From: an uncultured virus (IMG/VR IMGVR_UViG_3300050026_000393)
Taxonomy: Duplodnaviria; Heunggongvirae; Uroviricota; Caudoviricetes
Strand: one strand, 5' to 3'
Virus record (IMG/VR): IMGVR_UViG_3300050026_000393
DNA: 64,000 bases
This document shows positions 26,535-36,636 of this stretch, one piece after another (the stretch's first letter is position 1; each line of letters opens with the position of its first letter). The position numbers and the translations under genes are program-made. The notes below the pieces were generated by a model, which saw only the letters and a program-made list of their open reading frames with translations, made no database searches and had not been told where the DNA came from.

Positions 26535-28724
26535 ATGGCATTTAATTATCTTCCGGGTGTACAAGTAAATACAGTTGATGGCGGATTAACTGCCTCTCGT
26601 ACTCCTCAAGCGCATTCTACTTTAATTATTGGTACTGCAGGGCAAGGTCCAGTAAATCAGCCTTACCAAGTTACTAATAGATCCCTTTCTGCTTCAACTT
26701 TTGGTCTGCAGGGCAACTTAATTCGCGGCCAAGAAGAAGTAGCTACTAACTCAGACAATGTTATTTTATTTAGATATGGCACTTCTCCTCAGGTCCTTTC
26801 GGGAGTAGGTGCTTCTGTATCTCCTTTAAACCCTGGTTTTTCTGTAGGTTTTGGTCAGGTTACTACTACCTCTTCTACAGATTATTCAATTTGGTATGGT
26901 AATACCGGAGTTTCACTTGCAGCGATCACCCCTGCTGTTGTAGCCTCTACGACTTCTACTCCCTCTACAGCAACTTATTCTCTCGCATCAAGTTCAGACC
27001 TTATTCAAGGAACTTTCTCTGTTCAGATGGGTTCAGGTACTGTCGTAACTACTGTTATCCCCGCAAACAGTTCTTTAGCTACTGCGGTATCTTTAGTTAC
27101 TGCTGCTCTTTCTGCTGCTTCTGTAACAGGAGTTACCCCGACTCATACTAGCACCGCTTTAGTAATAACTGGAATAGACGGTACTGGGGGGAGTAATTCA
27201 TTTACTGTCTCAGGTGTTCTTTACGACGCAACAACTGCTGCTGTTCTTTCGGTCTATTATCTAGGAAGCCCCGTTTACTCTAATAATGCCGAAGCTCCGG
27301 TAGATACTGGTGATATTACCATTACAGGAACTATATCAGGAACTGTGGGTCTTGCACTGGGAACGGGAACTGGTCCAAGTGTTTCAAATGCTATTACTAT
27401 TTTAGCTGCGGCGGCATTAGCCGGTATTACTAATACTCCGGCTCCAACACTAACTAAGGCGATTACTGGACTTGGTATGACCGGCCGTCAGGCTTTTATT
27501 GCGTTCAAACAAGCCTTAAATCTGTTATCTGGTTTCCAGGTAGAGCAGATAGTCGTTCCTGATGCTGTTTTTGATGCTCCTAACGTGGCTTATTATGTTT
27601 CAGGGAATGCCGCAACTTCTATAAATAATCCAGCAACTAATGTCAATGCTCTTGATTGGTTACTTACAACCTATGATGGTTTTGGAGATCCAACTTTTCA
27701 ATGGGCATCGGAGACAGTTAACTCTGCAGGAGCAACAGTCTCTGCAATGTCTGCAACTACTGCAGTTCAAAGAATTGCCGCAAACTTCTTTGAAGTAAAC
27801 TGGGGATGGGAAATTGCTAATTTCTGTGTAAATACTAGTACACTAAATAATACTTGTATTGGTTTTATTGGCACTTCTGCTCCTGTTAATTACAGTCTTG
27901 TTAATGTTCGTAAATGGGTTGGGTATTTACCCGTTTATGGTTCCAGTAATGACGTGGTAACTCCAGGTTACGGTCTGTGTGGAATTCCTTATGTAGCGGG
28001 AACTAATGGGAGTATGTTAAATCCTTTAACCTACGATTATTCTACAGGAAACCGTCAACCCGGGTTTTTTCAGACAGTTAAAAACACTTTTGAAGGTACG
28101 GTTGTGCTTGATGCGAATCAAAACCCTGTAGATATTGGATCTTATCTTCATGTATTTGCTGACCAGGCAATCCTCTCAAACGGTTATGCTACTAATTACC
28201 TGGCTAATGGTGCCATGTATGTCGCTGGTATCTGTTCTATGTTGGATCAGAAAGTTGCTTTAACAAATCAGACGGTTCCTGTAATTCAACTTCCTGGGCT
28301 AGTTTATACCCCTTATCAGTTAGACAAGTTGACGCAAGTTAAAATAAATGTATTTAGGTATAAAGGAGTTAATAATAGTCCTGCGTTGTTACATGATTAT
28401 ACTGTTGCAACTAATGCTAGCGATTACTCTACTTTACTTCGGGTACGTATTAAAGGTTTGGTAATTAATACTCTTCTTACTGTTGCCGATCCTTTTATTG
28501 GAGGAGCCTCATTAGATGGTTTACATCTTACGGCATTAGTTACCAGTCTAAACTCTGCTCTTTCAACATTAAATAAACGCGGTTATCTTTCTAACCCACA
28601 GGTGAGTGTGACTACTACTGCTGCAGAAGCGCTTATTGGTCATGGCTATATCTCTGTTACATTCCGTCCAGCAGATGAGTTAATTCAGCTTGATGCAAAT
28701 GTTGGATTAAATCCAGGTAGTTAA
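26535..28724 (+). CDS. Contractile tail sheath protein
   Basis: YLPGVQV, IIGTAGQGP.N.PY, C-terminal QLDKLTQVKINVF...DYSTLLRVRI...FRPADELIQL; AGGAG RBS. Confidence 0.9.
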   Translation: MAFNYLPGVQVNTVDGGLTASRTPQAHSTLIIGTAGQGPVNQPYQVTNRSLSASTFGLQGNLIRGQEEVATNSDNVILFRYGTSPQVLSGVGASVSPLNPGFSVGFGQVTTTSSTDYSIWYGNTGVSLAAITPAVVASTTSTPSTATYSLASSSDLIQGTFSVQMGSGTVVTTVIPANSSLATAVSLVTAALSAASVTGVTPTHTSTALVITGIDGTGGSNSFTVSGVLYDATTAAVLSVYYLGSPVYSNNAEAPVDTGDITITGTISGTVGLALGTGTGPSVSNAITILAAAALAGITNTPAPTLTKAITGLGMTGRQAFIAFKQALNLLSGFQVEQIVVPDAVFDAPNVAYYVSGNAATSINNPATNVNALDWLLTTYDGFGDPTFQWASETVNSAGATVSAMSATTAVQRIAANFFEVNWGWEIANFCVNTSTLNNTCIGFIGTSAPVNYSLVNVRKWVGYLPVYGSSNDVVTPGYGLCGIPYVAGTNGSMLNPLTYDYSTGNRQPGFFQTVKNTFEGTVVLDANQNPVDIGSYLHVFADQAILSNGYATNYLANGAMYVAGICSMLDQKVALTNQTVPVIQLPGLVYTPYQLDKLTQVKINVFRYKGVNNSPALLHDYTVATNASDYSTLLRVRIKGLVINTLLTVADPFIGGASLDGLHLTALVTSLNSALSTLNKRGYLSNPQVSVTTTAAEALIGHGYISVTFRPADELIQLDANVGLNPGS

Positions 28725-28733
28725 GTTAAATTA

Positions 28734-28765
28734 AATGCGGTAAGAATATAAATTCTTACCGCATT
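28734..28765 (+). terminator. 14-bp hairpin between sheath and tube (attenuator/stabiliser)
   Basis: aatgcggtaagaat-ataa-attcttaccgcatt; weak U tract. Confidence 0.65.
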
Positions 28766-28782
28766 CTTCGGGAGAATAAAAA

Positions 28783-29487
28783 ATGGCTGCATTTAGCAAT
28801 ACAAACGGGATGACCGACGAAATCTCCCGCTCTTATAACTCATTCTCTGGCTCTGATATTACTGCTGTGATCGGTTCTTACAAGTTTGCGGAGTTACAGG
28901 CAATTAGTTATGCTGTCCAACGTGAAAAAGCTCCTGTTTATTGTATGGGAAGTGCTGATCCTCGTGCTTATTCCCGTAATAAACGTGGAATTGGTGGTAC
29001 CTTAATCTGGATTAATTTTGATAGACATGCCTTGTTAAACATTGTTCAGCAAAATGCTGGGACTTTTGTGGCAGATGATGATGAAATTATGCCTGGATAT
29101 GTTAATGTTAATAACGGTACTGCTATTTTTCAAACATCTTTAACTCGTGTTAATAGTAATGTTCCTGTATCTGCAACAATTGAGGCTCTGGATACTATTA
29201 TAACCTCTGTTGGACAGAATAATATTGTTACCGCTCCGTGGTATTCTGACCAGGTTATGCCGTTTGATGTTACTCTTACAGGCACTAATGAGTATGGTGC
29301 TATGTTTGCAAGTAAGATCTACGGTGTGGAGTTACTTAATGAGCATTCAGGTATCTCTGTTGATGATGCTGTCACTGAGATGCAGGCGACCTTTGTCGCT
29401 CGATCAGTATCACCAATGTCTGTCGTACAGAGTCCTTTCCAGTCAGCTCTTGGTGGTGTTATAGGTAACAACCTACAAAGTTCATAA
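28783..29487 (+). CDS. Tail tube protein
   Basis: SFSGSDI, ELQAISY...REKAPVY.MG, RGIGGTLIW, IYGVELLNE; follows sheath. Confidence 0.85.
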   Translation: MAAFSNTNGMTDEISRSYNSFSGSDITAVIGSYKFAELQAISYAVQREKAPVYCMGSADPRAYSRNKRGIGGTLIWINFDRHALLNIVQQNAGTFVADDDEIMPGYVNVNNGTAIFQTSLTRVNSNVPVSATIEALDTIITSVGQNNIVTAPWYSDQVMPFDVTLTGTNEYGAMFASKIYGVELLNEHSGISVDDAVTEMQATFVARSVSPMSVVQSPFQSALGGVIGNNLQSS

Positions 29488-29522
29488 TAAATAACACAAC
29501 TCCTTAACTTATTTCCTTTCTG

Positions 29523-29578
29523 GCAGTTCTAGTTTGGTGGATATAAAAAATCTGTCATAATAGAACTGCTTCTTTTTT
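29523..29578 (+). terminator. Extended hairpin terminator after tube gene
   Basis: gcagttcta...tggtgga / tctgtca...tagaactgc followed by ttcttttt. Confidence 0.65.
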
Positions 29579-29586
29579 GGAGAAAA

Positions 29587-30528
29587 ATGGCTGACACTTC
29601 AGATTTTGGTATACTGACCGGGGGATTAGATTCTTCAGACCCCTCATTGATACTTGGAAATGGGATTACCTCTTCTATACCTAATGCTCCTATACCTCCT
29701 TCCACTACCGAATCTGTCTCTACCATTTCCCCTTCTACTGCTGTTGTTACCCCAAATATTGTCCCTTCTACACTATCTCCACATAGACAGGTTAGTTCAT
29801 GGCAACCTACTAAAAACCAATCTTCTCAAAGCAACATACTGTCTAAAAATATAGACTATATTACAGGGATTTCTACATATACAGGATCAGGAATAAAAGC
29901 TTTTCTTGAATTTCCAAACATGAACGGGACCGCTGCAGGAACGTTATTATCTAAACAGATAATTGAGTTGACAACGATATCAGTGTCTGTACATAGGGTA
30001 AAATCTCCTGCTGTAGCAATGGGATTTATAAACCCTAAGGGGTTTGGTCGGGGTCGCAGAACTATCGGTGGGACAATGATCTTTAATAAGTTTACCAAAG
30101 ATGTCCTTTCTGAATTTCTGACCTCAGATGCATTTACTTCGGATTTGTCAAAAGATACTGATTACTCTAAAGTAGACCAATTACCGGCATTTAATCTTAC
30201 GCTCCTGTTTTGTGATGAGTATGGAAACTCAAGCTATCAAAGATTGTTAGGCGTCGAGTTATTAACCTCTGGAGATGTCTATTCCATTCAAGAAATGTTG
30301 TCTGAGCAAACAATTACTTTTATATGTACTGATTTTACTCCACTATTGCCCATATCCCAGGCTGCAAGTTCTGGAGGTAAAGTAACCAGTCCTACTTACC
30401 TTGTAACCAGTACTCAAGCGACTCCTGGAAGTGTTATTAACGCAAACACGACACCAGTAAAAACTTCTACATTAGAATCATCGTCTTCTCCTTATTTTTA
30501 TAATCAACCTACTTATGACTACATTTAA
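29587..30528 (+). CDS. Tail tube-like paralog 2
   Basis: ELTTISVSVHRVKSP...MG...GRRTIGGTMIF, LLGVELL, paralogous to 28783. Confidence 0.8.
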   Translation: MADTSDFGILTGGLDSSDPSLILGNGITSSIPNAPIPPSTTESVSTISPSTAVVTPNIVPSTLSPHRQVSSWQPTKNQSSQSNILSKNIDYITGISTYTGSGIKAFLEFPNMNGTAAGTLLSKQIIELTTISVSVHRVKSPAVAMGFINPKGFGRGRRTIGGTMIFNKFTKDVLSEFLTSDAFTSDLSKDTDYSKVDQLPAFNLTLLFCDEYGNSSYQRLLGVELLTSGDVYSIQEMLSEQTITFICTDFTPLLPISQAASSGGKVTSPTYLVTSTQATPGSVINANTTPVKTSTLESSSSPYFYNQPTYDYI

Positions 30529-31360
30529 TAAACCTTCAGCAGCAACTCCCCTTGGTCAGACACCCCCTTCTCAAGGAGGGGGTTCACAAGCTCCCGCAGC
30601 TACCCCTGCAACCTTAAACGCAGTAAGTCCTGTAGTAAATACGACAAATAATCTTGGCGGTGTAAATACCAATAATAACGGTTACACTTTTACATACCCG
30701 TCTTCTTCTGATGGAATGTATTTTACAGCAACACAGGCATTAATTTATATAGGAAATCTGTATATAGACGAGGTAGTAAATCTACAATATACATATCAAG
30801 CAAACAGGGTTCCTATATACGGATACTCTTCTACAGATGTAGATGCTTTTGGACAAGGTAAAGGTTTGGTGCAGGGGCAGTTTGCTATTAATATGGTAAC
30901 TGAGGGTTACCTGTATGTGGCATTAGACCAGTATAGTAAGAAAATGAATACCCAGGTTACCTCTGCAACTGTTAATAATATAAACAGACTGTCTAATGCA
31001 ATTAATAACTTCTCTTCAGGAAATACTACTTTAGGAAGTCTATCGGCGCCGGATTCAAGCCAAACTTCTACTAACAACCAGATGAAACAAAACGCACTAA
31101 ATGCTATAGATCAACTAGCTGCTAATCTTGGACCAGAAGGTATTCAACAAGCGAAATCTCAGTTGAAGGCAAATAATGCTTACCAGAATGCTATTAGATT
31201 AAGAATTCCGTTTAACATCGTAATTAACTTTACAGGCGGCGGACGAACTATAACAAAAACACTTTCTGAGTGTGTACTAACTTCTAATGATATGGTTTTA
31301 GATCAGTCAGGTGAAGTTGTTCTTGATGGGTACGGATTTTTAGCAAGATCAGTAAAGTAA
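30515..31360 (+). CDS. Tail tube-like paralog 3 (tube initiator-like)
   Basis: PIYGYSS...GKGLVQGQFAIN...PFNIVI...FLAR, paralogous to the tube. Confidence 0.75.
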   Translation: MTTFNKPSAATPLGQTPPSQGGGSQAPAATPATLNAVSPVVNTTNNLGGVNTNNNGYTFTYPSSSDGMYFTATQALIYIGNLYIDEVVNLQYTYQANRVPIYGYSSTDVDAFGQGKGLVQGQFAINMVTEGYLYVALDQYSKKMNTQVTSATVNNINRLSNAINNFSSGNTTLGSLSAPDSSQTSTNNQMKQNALNAIDQLAANLGPEGIQQAKSQLKANNAYQNAIRLRIPFNIVINFTGGGRTITKTLSECVLTSNDMVLDQSGEVVLDGYGFLARSVK

Positions 31361-31378
31361 TAATTAAACAGGAGAAAC

Positions 31379-31804
31379 ATGTCAAAAGTTACAGAAAACA
31401 AACCTTTATCACCATTAGAATTTTTACAGACATTTACAGGAGCACCTGCCTTGGAGGTTGTGAATGACTGGAAAGCACAAGCACCTGGTGCTCGTTTAAA
31501 GATCTTTACATCTTCGGACGCAAAACGAATCTATGTTCTTCGTGGCATTACTGCATTAGAATTGGCAACAGTACAGTCGGGTTTGCCAACAAATCTTCCT
31601 CAGGAAAAACTATTTTCAGAACTTCAGACCGCAATTGCAGTACGTTGCACTTTGTGGACAAATTGGACTAAAGACGGAAAACTTTCGATGGATGCAATTA
31701 AAAGTTCAGGTGCAGGTCTCTCTCAAACCTTGCATGAAATTATTTTCCAGCTTTCTGATTTCATGGATCCTGAGACTATCGAAAGACTATCAGCAGACTT
31801 ATAA
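31379..31804 (+). CDS. Putative tail assembly chaperone
   Basis: Position; IYVLRGIT..E, AGLSQTLHEIIFQLSDF. Confidence 0.65.
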   Translation: MSKVTENKPLSPLEFLQTFTGAPALEVVNDWKAQAPGARLKIFTSSDAKRIYVLRGITALELATVQSGLPTNLPQEKLFSELQTAIAVRCTLWTNWTKDGKLSMDAIKSSGAGLSQTLHEIIFQLSDFMDPETIERLSADL

Positions 31805-31820
31805 TGTTTAGGAATAAACC

Positions 31821-32381
31821 ATGCAAACATTTTTAGCTAAATGGTCTGAAGACCGCTACGTTAAGTGGCGGTCTCTTTCTTGGAAAGAGTTTGATTATTA
31901 TCAGAATCTTTTAACGTATTTGCCTCCTGCTGAAGTTTATTGTCAGGTTTATAAACTTGTCCTTATTGAAGGACCTAAATTAGACGGTCATCCTGTACAT
32001 AGAGCAACAGCCGGAATTGTAGATTGGATCGCCCGATCTTTGCTAGAACACAATCCGTTTAACGGTCTTTATGAAGACGTAAAACGGGCGTATGATATAA
32101 AAAAGAAAGAATTAAATTATTTATCAGAAGTAAAAGCTATTATAGCAAGTATATTTAGATACACTTTCGAAGAGATAGAATCCTGGGATGCTGAAGCATT
32201 ATATGAAAGAATTGTTGCAGCAGAGTTTGTTACCGGAAAATCTTTAGAACCCCCAATGCCCGAAAGTATGAAAAAGGAAAAAGGTGTTCAAGGAAAACAG
32301 ATTAGAGAACCTGTAAAATTGCAGAAACAAATATCTAACGCACAACAACTTGTTCGTGATAGAGTGGCGGCTAATAGATAA
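31821..32381 (+). CDS. Putative tail assembly chaperone 2
   Basis: KWRSLSWKEF, YTFEEIESW; own AGGA RBS. Confidence 0.6.
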   Translation: MQTFLAKWSEDRYVKWRSLSWKEFDYYQNLLTYLPPAEVYCQVYKLVLIEGPKLDGHPVHRATAGIVDWIARSLLEHNPFNGLYEDVKRAYDIKKKELNYLSEVKAIIASIFRYTFEEIESWDAEALYERIVAAEFVTGKSLEPPMPESMKKEKGVQGKQIREPVKLQKQISNAQQLVRDRVAANR

Positions 32382-35300
32382 TGATTCTAGACCCAAAACT
32401 AAATCTTAATACAGAAGAAGGCTATAACCCTTATTATAGGGCTGTAGGTGTTGGTGTTGTTGGTGCTTCTCTGTATGGGATGCATACAGGTCTGCGAAAA
32501 CTTCCTGCGACGGGTGCTGGACTTAGTTATAATGAGAAATTATATGCATGGGCACATAAGTTTGAAGAAAAGTCTCCTTTTCATATAGGTAAAACATTTC
32601 ATCTAAAAGAAAGGATGTCTTCCTATATACACGGGGATGTTTCTTTTACCCGAAGTCAATTGGTCGGGGCGGATGATGAATTAAATTCTATAGGTAAGAC
32701 TTTTCAAAGGCAATTTGATTCTGCAGGGAGCACATTCGATGTTCTAAAGGAAATAACTGAAGAGAATCCTTTAAGGTTTGGAAGAAGAGATCCTGGATCA
32801 GCTTACTTAAATCTATTAAATAAAGATTTAGGGATACAGACAAGATTTACCCCTGAAGGAGGAACGCTTGCAGGAGTAGCATCTAGACTAAATGCCGATC
32901 TTGAAGAAACAACTTTTAGAGGAGTTAAATCTAAAACTCTTTGGGGCCAGTTTAAAAACTTTAGAGCCGGACAAAAAATATCCAATTGGTCACCTCTTTC
33001 TAAATTACACGAACAGGTCCCGGGGGTAGTTCTTCCATACTTCACTAAACTTACAGGACAAACAGGAGTTGATGCTGCAAAAGCATTTGCAAAAAATGCT
33101 ATATCAACGGCAGAACTTGGAGCTTTGGGAGGTCTTGAGCGGGGACAGAAGTTACTTTATGATGTAGGTCTTGGCGTTCGGGCCGGAACATGGAATAACG
33201 CAGGTGGTTTATTAAATAAAACACTTGCCACGAGAGTTCTCCCCATAGCTTTGGGAATAACCGCCTTAGGATATTTAGATTATAAACTCGGACACCCTAG
33301 TAATAAGATAATTGATGTAGGTCTAAAAACTAATGTTTTATATGCAGATGCTACAGACCAGATCCCTGGTGCAAGAACAGTTACTGATTTTTATGAAAAA
33401 GTAGTCCCTGGTCCAAAATATGGACCATTAGCACTTCCTTTGGGAGGTGCTTTTCTTGGAGGGGTCTACCATTACAGTAGGGTATTAAAAGGCTTATCGG
33501 GAGAAACCCGAGAAGCCTCATCAAGAATTTTTCCAAAGATAGTTGCCTTGAAAGGGTGGGCGGCAAAAGAAGGAAAACTTGCATCTGTAGAAGGAATTTC
33601 TAAGATATGGTCTGAAATGGGACTCCCCGGTAAAGGTGCGGCTATAGGTTTAATAGCAATGTTACCCTTTATCCCAGGTATGATTGGTAGTCGTAAAACC
33701 GGTGCAGAACTAAGAGACGTTTATTCAGGGGCGGAACCTGTTCCTATTCGTTCTGGTCGGTGGTGGGAAATGGGCGTGACGCCTTTTGAAGGCGGTAGGA
33801 TTAAAGAATGGAGACCTCACTGGAGTTTATTACATAAATCTCATGCACGAGACGTATCTATTTACGGGTCTGAAGAAGAAAAATGGGCACACAATCCAAT
33901 TCTCCATCCTTTTAAATATCTCAGTGACCCTTACTGGTTAGAAAAAAAGAATCTAGATACGCGCCCTTATTCTGTAACTTCTCCTGCCTTTTCTAATGTA
34001 CCCCTAATAGGTCCACTTCTTGCTGCCACTATCGGACGATTAGTTAAACCTGAAGTTCGTATGCATGAAGGAGAATGGAATGAAGACTCTTATAATCTTT
34101 ATTCGCCGGGATTAGAACCAAAGTCGTTTAAAACGGACTCTTTTCTTGAAAAAAACCTATTAGAACAAATGGCCAGACAAGGAATTGCTTTAGGTACTCA
34201 AGAGTCTGTGGGTAAGTATCGGGTAGATTTTGCTATTCACGACGGTGATCGTAAAATAGCAATAGAAGCAGATGGAGTAACTTACCACAAGAATAAAAAA
34301 GCAGATGCAGAAAGGCAGAAGGATATTGAAAAGAAAGGTTGGAAAGTCCTGAGGGTTTCCTCAACTGACTTTTTTGATAATCCTGAAAAATCTGCTACCA
34401 ATCTTACTGCTCAATTAAAAAAATTAGGGATTTCTCCCACACAAGAAACAGGTTTGGATGTTAAATCAGGATTACAAGGACTCGCTCCGGTAAAACCTGA
34501 AAGTGAATATTCAATAAGTAATGTTTTTCAGACAGAGGCAAAGATCTTTAGTGAATATACCGGTTTAATTGGTTTTATAAATAGAAGTATTTTTAAAGCA
34601 ATTTTCCCCGGAGATGGGAAAGCCAAACCAGTCCATCTTCAAGGAAGTAGACAGATAGACAGTCTTTCTCGTGCTTATTATGAGAGAGAACTTGGTGCCG
34701 GAATGGGTCCTGGCCTGTCAGAAGAGTCCTTTGGGTACACTGAACCTATTCGTCGTTTTATTCAACCAGAGACTGAAACTCAATTAAATGAGATTCCTAA
34801 TGAGGGAATGCCTTCATGGTTGCCGGGGAAAAATGGTTATATTGACTTCCATCGCGGGGATCCTTTTAATAAAATTTCTGAGGGATATGCAAGACTACCA
34901 GGTCCAGGTTATTCTGCCCTTCATCCTGAACTAAAAGGATTCGACCCTGAAGATTATCCAGATATTACTAAACTCTCGATTCTATCAGATGTCGCCCCTT
35001 ATTCAAAAGAATATCAGTCTATAAAACAAAGGGTTGGTTCTCAGTCTCAAGATAACACTGAGTTAAAAATAGAATACGAAAAGATATTACAAAGAGTTAA
35101 ACAGACCAAAGAGTCTGTCATTCCTATGGATGACAGACATTTCACAGGAGAGACTGAGGAGTTAAAAGGAACTATAGCTAGTGCTGGTCCTGGAGGAATT
35201 ACTCTTACAGAGTACCCTAACCAAAGATTTCAGTTTAGTTCTGTTGGTCTTTCAGCCGCCGACGCAGGCGCAAAAGTAATTGGCGAATCAAATAATTTAA

Positions 35301-36634
35301 CAAGATCGGCAGTTGCAACAGAAGTAGATAAGAGAAGAGAGAAGTTACTAAACTGGTTTGGAGATCAGGATCTAATAGGTTCATCTGCTAAGGTAATTAT
35401 CCCCAAAGGCGCTTCTGAACATTCGGAAGTATCTAGGGCGGTAATTATTGCCCATGGAAAGAATATAAATCGTGAGTTACTCGACGAAGATCTTGGAAAC
35501 TACCGGAAAGATCTTGGAGGTGCAGAGTCTGGAGAGGTATTTGGGTCTCTGGGTAACTTCCTAGGAAGTTTGGCAGAAGGGTTGTCTTTTCAAGGAGATG
35601 CTTCAAGAGATAATGTAATGAGGTATCTTCCGTCTCCGGCGCATACTAAATTATGGCAAGAAAGAACTCCTTTAGCACAGTATATAAATAATGAAGTTAT
35701 AGGAACGAACCAACGTCGTTGGGATCGGCCTGTTCATGATTTTCTAATGCCTTATTTTCGAGGGGCCGTAAAGAGTTTAACTGATAAAGACATTATTCCT
35801 CAAGAAGTAAAAGACAGAAAAGACCTAAATACACTTTCCGACACATTAACATATCTTCGGGCGGTAAGTAAAAGAGGAGAACCTGGATATACTAGTCAGG
35901 TACAAAGAACTTCAATGGGCGCGGATCAGTTTAAATCTCCAATTTTTCTTGCAACGACATTACCCGGCAAAGAAAGTCATTATTTTAATGAGTTTATAAA
36001 AGAAACTGATGAGAATAAAAGAGAAACAATCTTAGAAATAGTTTCTCCTGAAATGAAGCGAACGTTAGAAACACAATGGACTGCTGCTGACACCAGAATT
36101 AAAGGTGGAGACGTTGGTAGTCTAGGCGAAGGTGGTAGACTTTATACTAAAGAAGATCTAAAAGACTATGAAAAGTCTGGATCTGGTTTAGATTATGGAA
36201 ACTATGTTCGTTCAAAAGAAATTGCAGATTTCTTTTCACGAACAGGATTTACTCTTCCAGAAGAAGGTTCTCAACTTTATGCTTCTAATATAGATTATGA
36301 AGATATTAAATTAAAGGTAATAGAACAAGAAGGTTATGATGCCCATGATTTTGGGATATTTGAAGACCGAAGTAACTTGTTGTGGAGAAAACCTTATTTA
36401 GGAGGCGCCATTAGAGAATTAACTTCTGGAGACACAAAGTCTTCAGAAGAATTACGTAAAGCAGTAGAACAACTGATGATGAATTCAGGAAACTATAATC
36501 CAAACGTAAGAACTAATGTTCACACTTCTCCTGTTGACAATACGAGTGTGCTTGCTAATATAGACACAAACCACACTGATGAAATAGAAAAAGATGTTCG
36601 ACGTAACCCTGAGAAATATAAAAATAAGGATTAG
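32381..36634 (+). CDS. Large tape-measure-position / ejection protein with TM segments, DUF559 nuclease insertion and degenerate SNase fold
   Basis: Several Gly-rich hydrophobic helices in the N-terminal third; DSFLE...VDFA...IAIEADG.TYH...D.ER...GWKVLRV; AHGKNINRELLDEDL. Confidence 0.75.
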   Translation: MILDPKLNLNTEEGYNPYYRAVGVGVVGASLYGMHTGLRKLPATGAGLSYNEKLYAWAHKFEEKSPFHIGKTFHLKERMSSYIHGDVSFTRSQLVGADDELNSIGKTFQRQFDSAGSTFDVLKEITEENPLRFGRRDPGSAYLNLLNKDLGIQTRFTPEGGTLAGVASRLNADLEETTFRGVKSKTLWGQFKNFRAGQKISNWSPLSKLHEQVPGVVLPYFTKLTGQTGVDAAKAFAKNAISTAELGALGGLERGQKLLYDVGLGVRAGTWNNAGGLLNKTLATRVLPIALGITALGYLDYKLGHPSNKIIDVGLKTNVLYADATDQIPGARTVTDFYEKVVPGPKYGPLALPLGGAFLGGVYHYSRVLKGLSGETREASSRIFPKIVALKGWAAKEGKLASVEGISKIWSEMGLPGKGAAIGLIAMLPFIPGMIGSRKTGAELRDVYSGAEPVPIRSGRWWEMGVTPFEGGRIKEWRPHWSLLHKSHARDVSIYGSEEEKWAHNPILHPFKYLSDPYWLEKKNLDTRPYSVTSPAFSNVPLIGPLLAATIGRLVKPEVRMHEGEWNEDSYNLYSPGLEPKSFKTDSFLEKNLLEQMARQGIALGTQESVGKYRVDFAIHDGDRKIAIEADGVTYHKNKKADAERQKDIEKKGWKVLRVSSTDFFDNPEKSATNLTAQLKKLGISPTQETGLDVKSGLQGLAPVKPESEYSISNVFQTEAKIFSEYTGLIGFINRSIFKAIFPGDGKAKPVHLQGSRQIDSLSRAYYERELGAGMGPGLSEESFGYTEPIRRFIQPETETQLNEIPNEGMPSWLPGKNGYIDFHRGDPFNKISEGYARLPGPGYSALHPELKGFDPEDYPDITKLSILSDVAPYSKEYQSIKQRVGSQSQDNTELKIEYEKILQRVKQTKESVIPMDDRHFTGETEELKGTIASAGPGGITLTEYPNQRFQFSSVGLSAADAGAKVIGESNNLTRSAVATEVDKRREKLLNWFGDQDLIGSSAKVIIPKGASEHSEVSRAVIIAHGKNINRELLDEDLGNYRKDLGGAESGEVFGSLGNFLGSLAEGLSFQGDASRDNVMRYLPSPAHTKLWQERTPLAQYINNEVIGTNQRRWDRPVHDFLMPYFRGAVKSLTDKDIIPQEVKDRKDLNTLSDTLTYLRAVSKRGEPGYTSQVQRTSMGADQFKSPIFLATTLPGKESHYFNEFIKETDENKRETILEIVSPEMKRTLETQWTAADTRIKGGDVGSLGEGGRLYTKEDLKDYEKSGSGLDYGNYVRSKEIADFFSRTGFTLPEEGSQLYASNIDYEDIKLKVIEQEGYDAHDFGIFEDRSNLLWRKPYLGGAIRELTSGDTKSSEELRKAVEQLMMNSGNYNPNVRTNVHTSPVDNTSVLANIDTNHTDEIEKDVRRNPEKYKNKD

Positions 36635-36636
36635 CC

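Noticed and set aside
31379..32381. Programmed frameshift joining the two tail chaperones
   Set aside because: No slippery heptamer near the end of the first gene, an in-frame TAA at 31815-31817 precedes the second gene, and it has its own RBS
34136..34430. Intein in the 1417-aa protein
   Set aside because: No splicing-block motifs or HN-C/S/T junction around the nuclease
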